Shown here one piece after another: positions 11,834 through 21,914 of a stretch of 64,000 bases of DNA. The translations under genes were made by a program, and so were the position numbers. Source of the DNA: Hormiphora californensis (lineage: Eukaryota > Animalia > Ctenophora); the NCBI GenBank assembly GCA_020137815.1, contig CM035355.1, positions 3,658,001 through 3,722,000 of the forward strand. Reading direction: 5' to 3'. Each line of letters starts with the position of its first letter. The stretch's first letter is position 1. The notes under the pieces were generated by a model, which saw only the letters and a program-made list of their open reading frames with translations, searched no databases and was not told where the DNA came from.

Positions 11834-13162
11834 CTAACTCGGGCAGAATTGTGCATCAATGGTGGCGGGTGGTTGATAGGGAGGGATCCCTACAGCGGCT
11901 GGCTGGTTAGGCCATGCCATTGGTCTCACAACCTGCTGTGGGGGTGGCTGGTGGACCATCACTGAACCGTGAACCTGGTTATATTGTGGGGCTAGTGGCT
12001 GGAAGGTGGTGACCGGAGAGAATATAACTCTCTGTTGAGATGGATGACAACATTGGCCCCGGATCGAAATCACAATTAGAGCAGCAATAAAGGCGCACCC
12101 CAAAAGTACTGGGACAAAAATGATCGCTATTGTGATGTGTTCAGTTCTCCTCCAATACCAGCTGCCCCAGTCATCGTAACTCCCCGAGTATTTCTCAATA
12201 CTGGTGCCAGTTCCATTTCCCCAGGTGCTCGGCTTGTAATCCTTCTCATCCTCCACGCAATACACAATTACACTTTGGGAGTACGAACAACTAATATCGG
12301 ACACCATTATAATTGACTCTCCGTATAGGTCGGTAGGGTGGGCAGAGGAGACGTAGTTGTAATCAAAGCACAGATACATGTCTCTCTTTTTCAGGTCGTC
12401 CAAGTCGAACCAGGTCCTCTCTTCACAAGGCTCTGTTTTGTCTGTCTGCCATCTCTGACAACTTGAATCAGGGATCCGTGCCTTCCAAATGACAGGTGCA
12501 CCAGTTGTCACACATTGGATGACGACGTATCTGTTAGCGTTCCACGGTGTAATCGTCTCGTAGTACTCGATCGCCTTAGGATACTTTACAGATATATCAT
12601 TCCTATCGTAGAGAGTAATGTTCTGAGTCCAATAATCATCCGGAGCGTATCGATCTTTTTCACCGCTGGGTTCGCTGAGAGAGCAGTTGTATACCCCGAG
12701 GTCCTCTGTTCTCACGCCAGTAATGGTGAGAACGGTGTTGTAGCAACTCATAGAATATTGGTCCTCATCCTGGACTCCATTCTCTCGCGAGGAGGATTCA
12801 AGACCAAGCTTGGCCGCCATAATTTCCGAATTAGGGGTAACTGCACAGTACTCGTATGAATAAAAGTTCTTTATTTTATATCGGGTAGTCTCGGCATCAT
12901 CTATTGGTACTCCATCTTTGGACCATCGATACCGGCAATTGTTCATCTCGCTCGGCACACAATCTGCTGTCTCCCCGTAGTCATATTGAAACCGGTGAAC
13001 AATCTTGGAGCACCGGAGTTCAGCTGTCTCACCCAGTGTTGCAGGTTCAAGGGGGACTGCAGAGTGAGGAAGGTAGTCCCCACGGGCATGTAAAATTAGG
13101 AAACACAGTAGTAGAGCTGGGAACATGCTTAAATCAGGTGAATATGTGTTAAAGGTTGACAT
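11834..13162 (-). CDS. Ig-like type I membrane protein B (single exon, up to 442 aa; the start may be the second Met at 13126), paralogue of A
   Basis: Same architecture: LRCSK, YRWSKDG, LTITGVRTEDLGVYNC, conserved Cys pattern, TM segment. The tail is longer and Pro/Gln-rich (IPPYQPP). Confidence 0.85.
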   Translation of the reverse strand: MSTFNTYSPDLSMFPALLLCFLILHARGDYLPHSAVPLEPATLGETAELRCSKIVHRFQYDYGETADCVPSEMNNCRYRWSKDGVPIDDAETTRYKIKNFYSYEYCAVTPNSEIMAAKLGLESSSRENGVQDEDQYSMSCYNTVLTITGVRTEDLGVYNCSLSEPSGEKDRYAPDDYWTQNITLYDRNDISVKYPKAIEYYETITPWNANRYVVIQCVTTGAPVIWKARIPDSSCQRWQTDKTEPCEERTWFDLDDLKKRDMYLCFDYNYVSSAHPTDLYGESIIMVSDISCSYSQSVIVYCVEDEKDYKPSTWGNGTGTSIEKYSGSYDDWGSWYWRRTEHITIAIIFVPVLLGCAFIAALIVISIRGQCCHPSQQRVIFSPVTTFQPLAPQYNQVHGSVMVHQPPPQQVVRPMAWPNQPAAVGIPPYQPPATIDAQFCPS

Positions 13163-13632
13163 GATACCTAAAACTTTTAGTCTATCACCGAATTAAGCGT
13201 TTAGTTTTTATCCAACAAAATTACCACCGGATATTTCATAAGATAAGATTTCCGCAAACTTAAATTTACATTTTACTTTATCTGTCTATTGGGATCGGTG
13301 GATTACAGGGGCTCTGCCATGCGGACGATGCGGATGCGTCCGCACTTTTACTTCGGATTGTAGAGAGAAAAAGAAGAAAAATTCAAGGAAAAGGGTCGAT
13401 TTTTCTCAAAAGTTGATGTTTTGAATGGGATTTTTAGTGCAATCCCGATCGGATAAATCACACTAACAGTGTTGGCAAACGTTGCTGGCCCCGCGGGATA
13501 AGGCAGCGCTTCTCAACTAACAGTGTTGGCAAACGTTGCAGCGCTTTTCAACTAACAGTGAAAAATCAAAAACAAAAGTTTTAAAAAGAACAAATTTTGA
13601 GTTTCAGAATTTTGGAGGATTTTCATGGGCGC

Positions 13633-13870
13633 CGTTACGATCTGGGTGTTTGGTGGCCTGTTTACAGGTGCGCGCTGCCAAAAAAGTTGATTCACTAAAA
13701 TGACTCTAACCGCCAAACCACTCAACCATTTTGGCTAATTCAAAGTTTATCTGGTAGGAAATGTCAAGGCCTAACCCCAACCCAAACCCCAGCCCTAACC
13801 CTAACCCCACTTTAGCCCTAACCCTAAAAAACCGTTTGTCAGCACTCACGAAACACCCAGATTTTAACGC
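13633..13870. repeat. element with inverted repeats enclosing degenerate (CCCTAA)n; Helentron-associated/HINE-like
   Basis: CGTTACGATCTGGGTGTTTGGTG versus CACGAAACACCCAGATTTTAACG, flanking CCTAACCC repeats at ~13790-13826. The family assignment is inference. Confidence 0.5.
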
Positions 13871-15718
13871 TGGCCGATTTTCATCTGCATCTTACACAAT
13901 GGAGCGCGCGTGGTTGCGCGGCGCGTTTTGTTATTTGCGCGCTGTAAAGTGACCGACGCCGCGCACGATATTTTCAACTTTTAAAAAGTTTTTTGAGCCG
14001 GCGCGGGAATTTTTTGTTTTTTGTTTTTCTTTTGTTTTTTGTTTTTCTTTTTTCCACTTTCCACTTTTTTCTTAATTTGAGATTTGCGAATGAAGAAGGA
14101 TGAGATCAAGCAGGAGCTCCAAAAACGTGGTATTCCCTACAAAACAAATCTATTGAAACCACAGTTACTTGCCTTGCTAGAGGAAAACATCGCCTCAACA
14201 TCTACATCTCTACCCATCGATCACACCGATCCAGAACAACAGCCACTGTGTGAGGTGAGCAAAGCGTATCACGAGGTTGTATTCTGGAGAGCAAATTTGT
14301 GCCAGGTACCATCCGGGAAAACTGGGAAGGACTTTGTGCATGAAGTGGCTAATGTTCTGAACTCTTTCAATAAAAACAGCCAGAACAGTACAATTGCAAT
14401 CATGCTTCTGATGCTACTTTTTCCGCTAGTACTTCAAAAACCATCCGCTACCAGTAAAACAAGGGACCATGTTATAGCTATTGAACGACGACTCGAATTA
14501 TTTCGCACCGGAGATTTTCAATCTCTACTCCGTGAAGGACGTGTAATTCAGAGCAGATTGCCTAGTAGGGAAGGCAAGGCTCGAAATGTCCTCAAGGCCT
14601 TCACTAGATTAATGCTACATGGCAAGGTAGGACAGGCTCTACGTGCAATCCGTGATAGCGATGTTGCTCCAGTTCCTGTTACACCAGAAGTTGTTACAGA
14701 GTTGATCAAAAAACATCCTGCACCGGCAGCCTCATCGTCACTGTTGGAGGGCCCAGTTTTCCCCAAAATTGATTGTACATTCTCTCATATATCGGCAAAT
14801 TCAGTTCTCAAAGCTGCTAAAACTCTAACTGGTTCAGGCGGCCCGTCAGGAGCGGACTCTGATCTCTGGAAACATATGCTCCTGTCCAAAAAACTCAGCC
14901 CCGCCTCAAACGAACTAGCACAGGCCATATCAACTTTCGCTATCAAATTAGCTACGGAAGTAGTTAATCCTCTTCACCTTTCGGCATACGTTGCATCTAG
15001 ACTTGTCCCTCTGAGCAAAAAACCATCTGGAATCCGCCCAATCGGGATTGGTGAAGTCTTACGCCGGCTAGTCGGCAAGGTGATTACCCGCTCACTGAAA
15101 CCTAATATTGTTGAATCTACCGCCCCGATACAGCTATGTGCTGGGCTGGAGAGCGGAGTAGAGGCTGCCGTGCATGCAGCGAGAGAACTGTTTGAATCCG
15201 AGAAATGTGAGTGTGTGCTATTAATTGATGCAAGTAATGCTTTTAATTCCTTAAATCGAAATGCTGCTCTAAATAATATTAAATACGTTTGCCCTGAGTT
15301 TGAGCATTATTTAAAAAATACATATGGTTTAACATCTAACTTATTCCTATGCGATGGAACTAATCATGAAATTATTAAATCTGCTGAAGGGACGACCCAG
15401 GGTGATACTGCGGCCATGTTTATGTACGCCAGCTGCCTTATGCCCCTTGTAATTTCATTGAAGGACATTGAACAGGTTACCCAGATATTTTATGCCGATG
15501 ATGGCCTGGGCGGAGGGACTTTGGCTTCTGTAAATCAGTGGTGGGATAAAATCAAACTGAAGGGACCTGAATACGGCTACCTACCCAATCCAAGAAAATC
15601 TTGGTTGATTGTTAAACCTCACCTGGAGGACGAGGCAAAAGCCCTTTTCCCTGATGTTAACATTACCACCGAAGGGCAACGTTACCTGGGATCGTATATC
15701 GGAACTAAGGAAGGTCAG

Positions 15719-17205
15719 CACGGTGTCCCTTAAGGAGGTGAAACCTCGGCTAGATAAAGTTTTTTGGAGACCGGACCTAGGTTACGTATTTTTGACCGAG
15801 GAATCCGAAAAACATAAAATTAAAATCGAAAACGTAGCGGTTTTTGCGTAAAACGGCAAAAACTGTCATTTTTCAGCGATTTTCGACTTTTTACGCTTTC
15901 TAGAGATTTAAAAAATATTTCCTTACAAGATGTGATCTTGTGCTTCTAGACTAATAAAATACAATCGATTTGCTACAAATTGGTCCCGGGTTTGTGTGAT
16001 TTGGTCAAAAGCTCTCTTTACTGTGGCCCATCAAAGATGGCCACTCTGCAAATATGTATTTGGCTCCTGTGGCTGCAGATGTAAACCAAAAGAAGATTTA
16101 TTATACACTAAAATTTGTGTCTTCTCAAGGCGAACAACCTGGTTTTTACGGCATTCCATTTCATGCAGGCGTTGAGGAGTTACAGCTGAAAAACTGGTAC
16201 AGTGGATTTTGGAAATACCCCTACTTCAACAAATCCTAATCCAGATAAGATTTCGAAAAATATACATCTGCATACATGAAAATGAAGCTCAGGCAAATGC
16301 CAACGTGATGCAAAAAACGGGAAGTGTCTAACTTATTTCGTTTAGAAGCTATAGCCAAAGTAAAAGTGCTTATATTTGCCTTGAAAACACCCTCTAAAAG
16401 CCCTGAAAAACAGCAAATCTGTCTAAAAATGCAATACGAATAAAATGTCACCTCCAGTGCACCAACTTAGCCCCCTGTGGACAGAATTTGTTTGAAATTG
16501 TCAGAAATTGTCTAAAAGTATGGTTTTTAGAGGGTGTTTTCAAGGCAAATATAAGCACTTTTACTTTGGCTATAGCTTCTAAACGAAATAAGTTAGACAC
16601 TTCCCGTTTTTTGCATCACGTTGGCATTTGCCTGAGCTTCATTTTCATGTATGCAGATGTATATTTTTCGAAATCTTATCGGGATTAGGGTTTGTTGAAG
16701 TAGGGGTATTTCCAAAATCCACTGTACCAGTTTTTCAGCTGTAACTCATCAACGCCTGTATGAAATGGAATGCCGTAAAAACCAGGTTGTTCGCCTTGAG
16801 AAGACGCAAATTTTAGTGTATAATAAATCTTCTTTTGGTTTACATCTGCAGCCACAGGAGCCAAATACATATTTGCAGAGTGGCCATCTTTGATGGGCCA
16901 CAGTAAAGAGAGCTTTTGACCAAATCACACAAACCCGGGACCAATTTGTAGCAAATCGATTGTATTTTATTAGTCTAGAAGCACAAGATCACATCTTGTA
17001 AGGAAATATTTTTTAAATCTCTAGAAAGCGTAAAAAGTCGAAAATCGCTGAAAAATGACAGTTTTTGCCGTTTTACGCAAAAACCGCTACGTTTTCGATT
17101 TTAATTTTATGTTTTTCGGATTCCTCGGTCAAAAATACGTAACCTAGGTCCGGTCTCCAAAAAACTTTATCTAGCCGAGGTTTCACCTCCTTAAGGGACA
17201 CCGTG
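15719..17205. mobile_element. 1487-bp non-autonomous foldback DNA transposon, Chapaev/CMC-like
   Basis: CACGG...CCGTG termini; ~681-bp near-perfect inverted arms (15719-16399 / 16525-17205); 4-bp target duplication TCAG (15715-15718, 17206-17209). Confidence 0.85.
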
Positions 17206-17409
17206 TCAGGACAAGTTTGTTCAGAAAGAGGTAGATAAGTGGGCTGCAGAAATAACATCACTTGCGGAGATTGCAAACAGTGAGCCTCAGCTTGCTTATA
17301 CAGCCTACACCATGGGAGTATCTAAACGGTGGTCGTATCTTATGAGAACGACTCCAGGCATTTCTGATCAGTTACTTACTTTTGTTACTTTTGGAGGCTT
17401 CGTAGGATC

Positions 17410-20400
17410 CTAGCAGGCCATCCCTTTCTCAGGACCACCGGAAACTGCCCAATCGAGCAGTGAGTTATCGTTACAGTAACCATAGCCAGCAATTGGAGGC
17501 TGGTCAGGTATGGTATCGAGATGACGCTGCAGTGACGTCTTAAAGGCCGAGAGAGGGTAGGCCTCGGTTACAGTTGCCGGGAGGGTGTTCCAGAGACGAG
17601 GTGCTCTCACTGAAAAGCTATTTTCAAAGAGAGATTTCGCTCGCCGGCCTCTGGTATCCGGAATGGCAGGGACAAGGGCCCTGATCCCGAGTCTGCTAGG
17701 GGGCCTAAAAGCGATGCCCAGGTTGTTGGGGACTAGACCGTGCAGGGTTTTCCAAATAAGGATGATGGAGTAGCGTTCACGGCGTCTCTGAAGAGAGGAG
17801 AGGCCCAGGTTTTGGAGGCGGTCCCAGTAGTTATCACCAGAGTTGGATATCCTAGCAATGAAGGACCTTTGGACACCTTCGAGGAGCCTGATGTCGCTGA
17901 CCAGGTGAGGGTCCCACAGGGGGCAGGCATACTCTAGGTGGCTTCTGACCAGAGACTTGTACAGGGTCAGCATCGTGGTTCTATCTCTGGTTCCAAATAC
18001 ACTTAGAGCCCAGCTAGCCATGGAGCGGCCCCTATTGGCTATAGCAGCAATGTGTTTGGACCAGGAGAGGTCACAGGAAACTAGGGTACCAAGGTCTCTT
18101 ACGCTTGAGGACTCATCGAGGTATCCAGAGGGAGTCATGTACTGACGGAGGCTGGCTGTTTCCGGAAGTTCCTTGAGGAGGGACAGGGAGGAACTAGTAG
18201 GCTCTGAGATAATCAGTTCAAATTTCTTGTCGTGGAGCTGTAGGTTGTTGCGCTGGGCCCAAGAAATCGCAGCTGACAAGTCGGATTGGAGCAGAGATAC
18301 GTCTCTCGAGGAGGTGATGTGTTTGGAGAGACGGGTGTCATCCGCAAAGAACCGTATCACTGAGTGCATGATGACATCCTCTAGGTCGTTGACAAAGAGG
18401 AGAAATAGGATAGGGGCAAGCACGGTGCCTTGTGGGACGCCGCTGAGAATTAGGGAAATACGGGAGAGGGAACCTTGGACCGCAACGGTTTGGGTACGAC
18501 CAATCAGGAATGAGGCTATCCAGTCAGTGATCTGGGTAGGGAAGCCGTAAGATTCCATTTTGGAAAGCAGGAGGCGGTGGTCGACTCGGTCAAAGGCACG
18601 AGAGAAATCCAGGAAGATGGTGTCTGTTGCAGACCCCTCGATTAAACCCTCGATAACGTCATCGATATGACTCAGGAGCTGGGTGAGACAGCTGTGGCCC
18701 GCTCGGAAACCATGTTGGTTGTCAGAGATGATATTGTTCTCCTCTATGAAAGACACAAAGTGCTTTCTCATTACCCTTTCAAAGGACTTCATGATATGAG
18801 AGGTCATAGATATAGGGCGGTAGTTGCTGGGATCGGAGGAGGACCCCTTTTTGTGGAGGGGAGTGATAGTCGCACGTTTATAGTAGTCTGGTACCTTGCG
18901 CAGTTCGACTGACTCTCTCAAAAGTAATGCAAGGGGAACAGCCACCTCAGTCCTACACTCTCTCAGGAATACCGCTGGAACACCATCCGGTCCAGAACCG
19001 GAAGTAGGATTGAGTTCTTTTAGGGCAGCAATGAGATCCCCTTGAATATCGGTGTACAGGAGATCAGGGAATGGCGTGGAGATGGTAGGAGGGGTAACGT
19101 TGATGGAAAGACCCGGGGCACATGGATCGGAAAAGGATTCGGTAAACTTGTCCTGGAAAAGATCAGCTATTGAGGCGGGATCCGAAACAGCGTTCCCTTT
19201 AGAATCGAAAAGAAGGCCAATCTCAGTTTGGAGCTTGTTCATCTGTTTGGCGAAACTATAAAAAGCCTTGGGGTTGGTTTTCATAGTTTTAACCACTGAC
19301 TTTTCCTTCTTCTCTCTTAGATTGTTCAGGGCTTCACCCAGTTCGAACTCTGTGGAGGCAAGTTGGTCCGTAGCAGCAGATATTGAAGCGGGATTTGGAG
19401 AGGGGTGGGAATGTAGAGCAGCAAGCTTAGTTCTTAGCTTCTTCTTGCGTCGCCGAAGGCAGTTCAGAATCTTGGGCTTACCGGAGCGAGCTGGGCGGGT
19501 AGGGGTGTGGAGTTCACAGATTTCGAGGAATTTGTGGGTCAGGGTAATCGGGAACTCAACGAAGGAGGTTTCATCTCGAAGTAGGGACCAGTCAGTGGAG
19601 ATCAGATCTTGCTTGATCGCAGTCCAATCTGCTCGAGAGAAGTCAAGGGCTCGGAATCCTAGGGCAGCTGGAGGGCTATGGTGGGCAGGTGTATTTAGGG
19701 GTGGGGAGGTAAGTGCGATGTCTATGAGGCGGTGATCCGACATTTTAGTAGCCTCCGTGGACACCTGGGCCACCCGGAGAGGTTGGTTAGTGAGGAGTAC
19801 ATCAAGGATATTACTTCCCCTGGTTGGGGTGAGGATGACTTGGTTGAGAAAGAAATCAGCCATGAGCGAGAATAAGGAACAAGAGTCTGAACCTTTTCCT
19901 CTCTCCGAATTGGAACTCCAGTCAATATCCGGGAAGTTTAGATCACCACCAATAAACAGAGAGTAGTCATCGTCTACATCACTTAGGCACGATCTCAGGA
20001 AGGCAATGAGTTCGGAGAATTCAGATACCGATGAATCAGGGGGGCGGTAGACAGATGCAACTAACCATTTGGCGTGGTCAAACTTACAAACAACTGCCTG
20101 GCATACTGAGTTATCGAAGGCTAGGGAAGATGATACGGGGAGGTCAATTCTCGAGTATAGAGCGACACCACCGCCATTCCGCAGGCCTCTGTCTGATCTA
20201 TGCACCGTGTAACCAGGGATGTTAATCTGGGCATCAGAAATGTACGATTTCAGCCAGGTTTCAGATAGGAAGATAAAAGGCAGGGAGTGATTTATGGATG
20301 CCTCATCTTCCAAAAATGTCTGCAGTGCAGGGACCTTCCACCTGGAAACACTGCGGGCAGATGGGTTAATCCCCCGTGCATTTAGTAGAAGTAGGGATGA

Positions 20401-20439
20401 GTATGGTTGGGGTACACGTGGGGTGCTTGTGGGGTCCAT
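17410..20439 (-). CDS. CR1-type LINE ORF2: AP endonuclease + reverse transcriptase (1009 aa)
   Basis: APE motifs NARG, SETW, YRPP, GGDLN, SDH. RT motifs NYRPIS, LDFSRAFD, GVPQG, FADD. CR1-type C-terminal SLQRRRERY. Confidence 0.95.
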   Translation of the reverse strand: MDPTSTPRVPQPYSSLLLLNARGINPSARSVSRWKVPALQTFLEDEASINHSLPFIFLSETWLKSYISDAQINIPGYTVHRSDRGLRNGGGVALYSRIDLPVSSSLAFDNSVCQAVVCKFDHAKWLVASVYRPPDSSVSEFSELIAFLRSCLSDVDDDYSLFIGGDLNFPDIDWSSNSERGKGSDSCSLFSLMADFFLNQVILTPTRGSNILDVLLTNQPLRVAQVSTEATKMSDHRLIDIALTSPPLNTPAHHSPPAALGFRALDFSRADWTAIKQDLISTDWSLLRDETSFVEFPITLTHKFLEICELHTPTRPARSGKPKILNCLRRRKKKLRTKLAALHSHPSPNPASISAATDQLASTEFELGEALNNLREKKEKSVVKTMKTNPKAFYSFAKQMNKLQTEIGLLFDSKGNAVSDPASIADLFQDKFTESFSDPCAPGLSINVTPPTISTPFPDLLYTDIQGDLIAALKELNPTSGSGPDGVPAVFLRECRTEVAVPLALLLRESVELRKVPDYYKRATITPLHKKGSSSDPSNYRPISMTSHIMKSFERVMRKHFVSFIEENNIISDNQHGFRAGHSCLTQLLSHIDDVIEGLIEGSATDTIFLDFSRAFDRVDHRLLLSKMESYGFPTQITDWIASFLIGRTQTVAVQGSLSRISLILSGVPQGTVLAPILFLLFVNDLEDVIMHSVIRFFADDTRLSKHITSSRDVSLLQSDLSAAISWAQRNNLQLHDKKFELIISEPTSSSLSLLKELPETASLRQYMTPSGYLDESSSVRDLGTLVSCDLSWSKHIAAIANRGRSMASWALSVFGTRDRTTMLTLYKSLVRSHLEYACPLWDPHLVSDIRLLEGVQRSFIARISNSGDNYWDRLQNLGLSSLQRRRERYSIILIWKTLHGLVPNNLGIAFRPPSRLGIRALVPAIPDTRGRRAKSLFENSFSVRAPRLWNTLPATVTEAYPLSAFKTSLQRHLDTIPDQPPIAGYGYCNDNSLLDWAVSGGPEKGMAC

Positions 20440-21914
20440 GGGTAGGAGTAGGGGTGTACTGCGTAGGGCAGGTAGGGGTTGGGTGGTATTTGGGGCTGCC
20501 CCATCGAAGGATGTGTCGTATGGACTGGTGGAGCGGGCGGGGGTATCTGTTGGGGGATAGGGACCACATGGGGGGTGGGGGCCGGTAGATCCCGGACCTG
20601 GAGGTCCTTGACTTGCTGGATAAGCTCTCTCATTCCTTCCTTTAGTGCTCGTATCTCTAAAAAATGGTCAGAGGCCGATGTAGCAGATACAAAAGGGGTC
20701 TGGGAGGGAACGAGTGCACCTGGAGCCTGGGGTGGGACAGGTGCAGCCGGGACATGGGGTGCAGAAGGTGTTTGAGTGGGAGCAGGAGCACCGGGGATAT
20801 GGAGGGGGGCTGTCATATTTGTATTGACAGGATGGGGCTGGATAGATGCAAGAAGATGTCGCCGGGGGGGTCGTACCAGGTGGGCAGGCCCTTGCACATC
20901 AGGGTTACTGAATTGTATATGGTTATGTACAAGTGTGCAGCGAGATCTATCCACTGAAAAGGGCAGACAAACTTCACCTTGAAGGTTTCTGTGACATACC
21001 AAGGGGTGGAAAAGATTGCACTGGTCTCCTTTATCACACCCATTAGGGGGGCTAGTACCATGTTTAATGAACTTCCAACATTTAACTGGATGTAGGTACT
21101 TACATAACTCGCCACGAATCACCTTACGGCCTGAGTTGCCATGTGGGCATTTGCCTGCTTGGTAACGCCTACAAAGTTCGGTGGGTGGTTTGTTAATGCG
21201 TGCTATCTCTTCAGACATGCGGCGGACAGCATCATCATTGAGAGGGTCGGCTGTGATTGGTGGAGGGGGCTGGTAGAGGGGATCGGACGGGTCTGGTACC
21301 GGGGTGTTATCTTGTTCCTCGGGTGTGATATCAGTGTTATTGTGTGTAGCACTGCTTGGAACCTCGGGGGGTGTAGAGGTGATGTCGGGTGGAATACTGG
21401 TTTGAATATCAGGAGGTGTAGATGATATATGGGGAGTTTTCTGTTTTCTTGGGGGTATGAGGGAGGTTTTAACTTGGCATGTGTCACACAACCAAAACAA
21501 ACCGGCAGACTGAGCAGGATCTGATGGAGGGTGGGATAATTTCAGCTGCAAGAGGGCGGGGCAATTGTGTGAAGGCTTGAAACACCGGAAACAAAGGAAA
21601 GGGGGGTCATCAATCGGTGTGTACTGTGTTTTACAAACGCCGCACATGCAGGGCAGAGTGGCATTGAGGGCAAGGGTGACACGAGTGGAGAGGCTCGCTT
21701 TGGTATACAATTTGTCGCCATTAGGGTCGGCGAGAGGAATCTTGAGATACTCGGCACAAGCTTCAAGGTCAGGCAACTCAAATCGAGAGGAATTGTAAAT
21801 CTTGGACATAGCAGCAATTGTAAGGTCCGGCTTGAAAGAACTAATTATATTCTTTATCTTTGCGGGGGCACCGGCCATTTGCCTGCCAAGAATTAGAGCA
21901 ATTTCCTGATTCAT
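20382..21914 (-). CDS. CR1-type LINE ORF1 (PHD-like finger + CCCH-like fingers + Pro-rich linkers, 510 aa)
   Basis: CGVC..CFRC..SHNC..WLCDTC; CRRYQAGKC..CKYLHP; CWKF..C..C..FHP. Overlaps ORF2 by 58 nt. Confidence 0.85.
   Translation of the reverse strand: MNQEIALILGRQMAGAPAKIKNIISSFKPDLTIAAMSKIYNSSRFELPDLEACAEYLKIPLADPNGDKLYTKASLSTRVTLALNATLPCMCGVCKTQYTPIDDPPFLCFRCFKPSHNCPALLQLKLSHPPSDPAQSAGLFWLCDTCQVKTSLIPPRKQKTPHISSTPPDIQTSIPPDITSTPPEVPSSATHNNTDITPEEQDNTPVPDPSDPLYQPPPPITADPLNDDAVRRMSEEIARINKPPTELCRRYQAGKCPHGNSGRKVIRGELCKYLHPVKCWKFIKHGTSPPNGCDKGDQCNLFHPLVCHRNLQGEVCLPFSVDRSRCTLVHNHIQFSNPDVQGPAHLVRPPRRHLLASIQPHPVNTNMTAPLHIPGAPAPTQTPSAPHVPAAPVPPQAPGALVPSQTPFVSATSASDHFLEIRALKEGMRELIQQVKDLQVRDLPAPTPHVVPIPQQIPPPAPPVHTTHPSMGQPQIPPNPYLPYAVHPYSYPWTPQAPHVYPNHTHPYFY

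Noticed and set aside
14072-14081. TTAATTTGAG before the CRE ATG as a retrotransposed spliced-leader remnant
   Set aside because: It is only a 10-nt AT-rich match to my recollection of a ctenophore SL end; an acceptor site explains it equally well.
15609-17276. Duplicated small ORFs on opposite strands
   Set aside because: They are mirror translations of the foldback arms and contain no transposase motifs.
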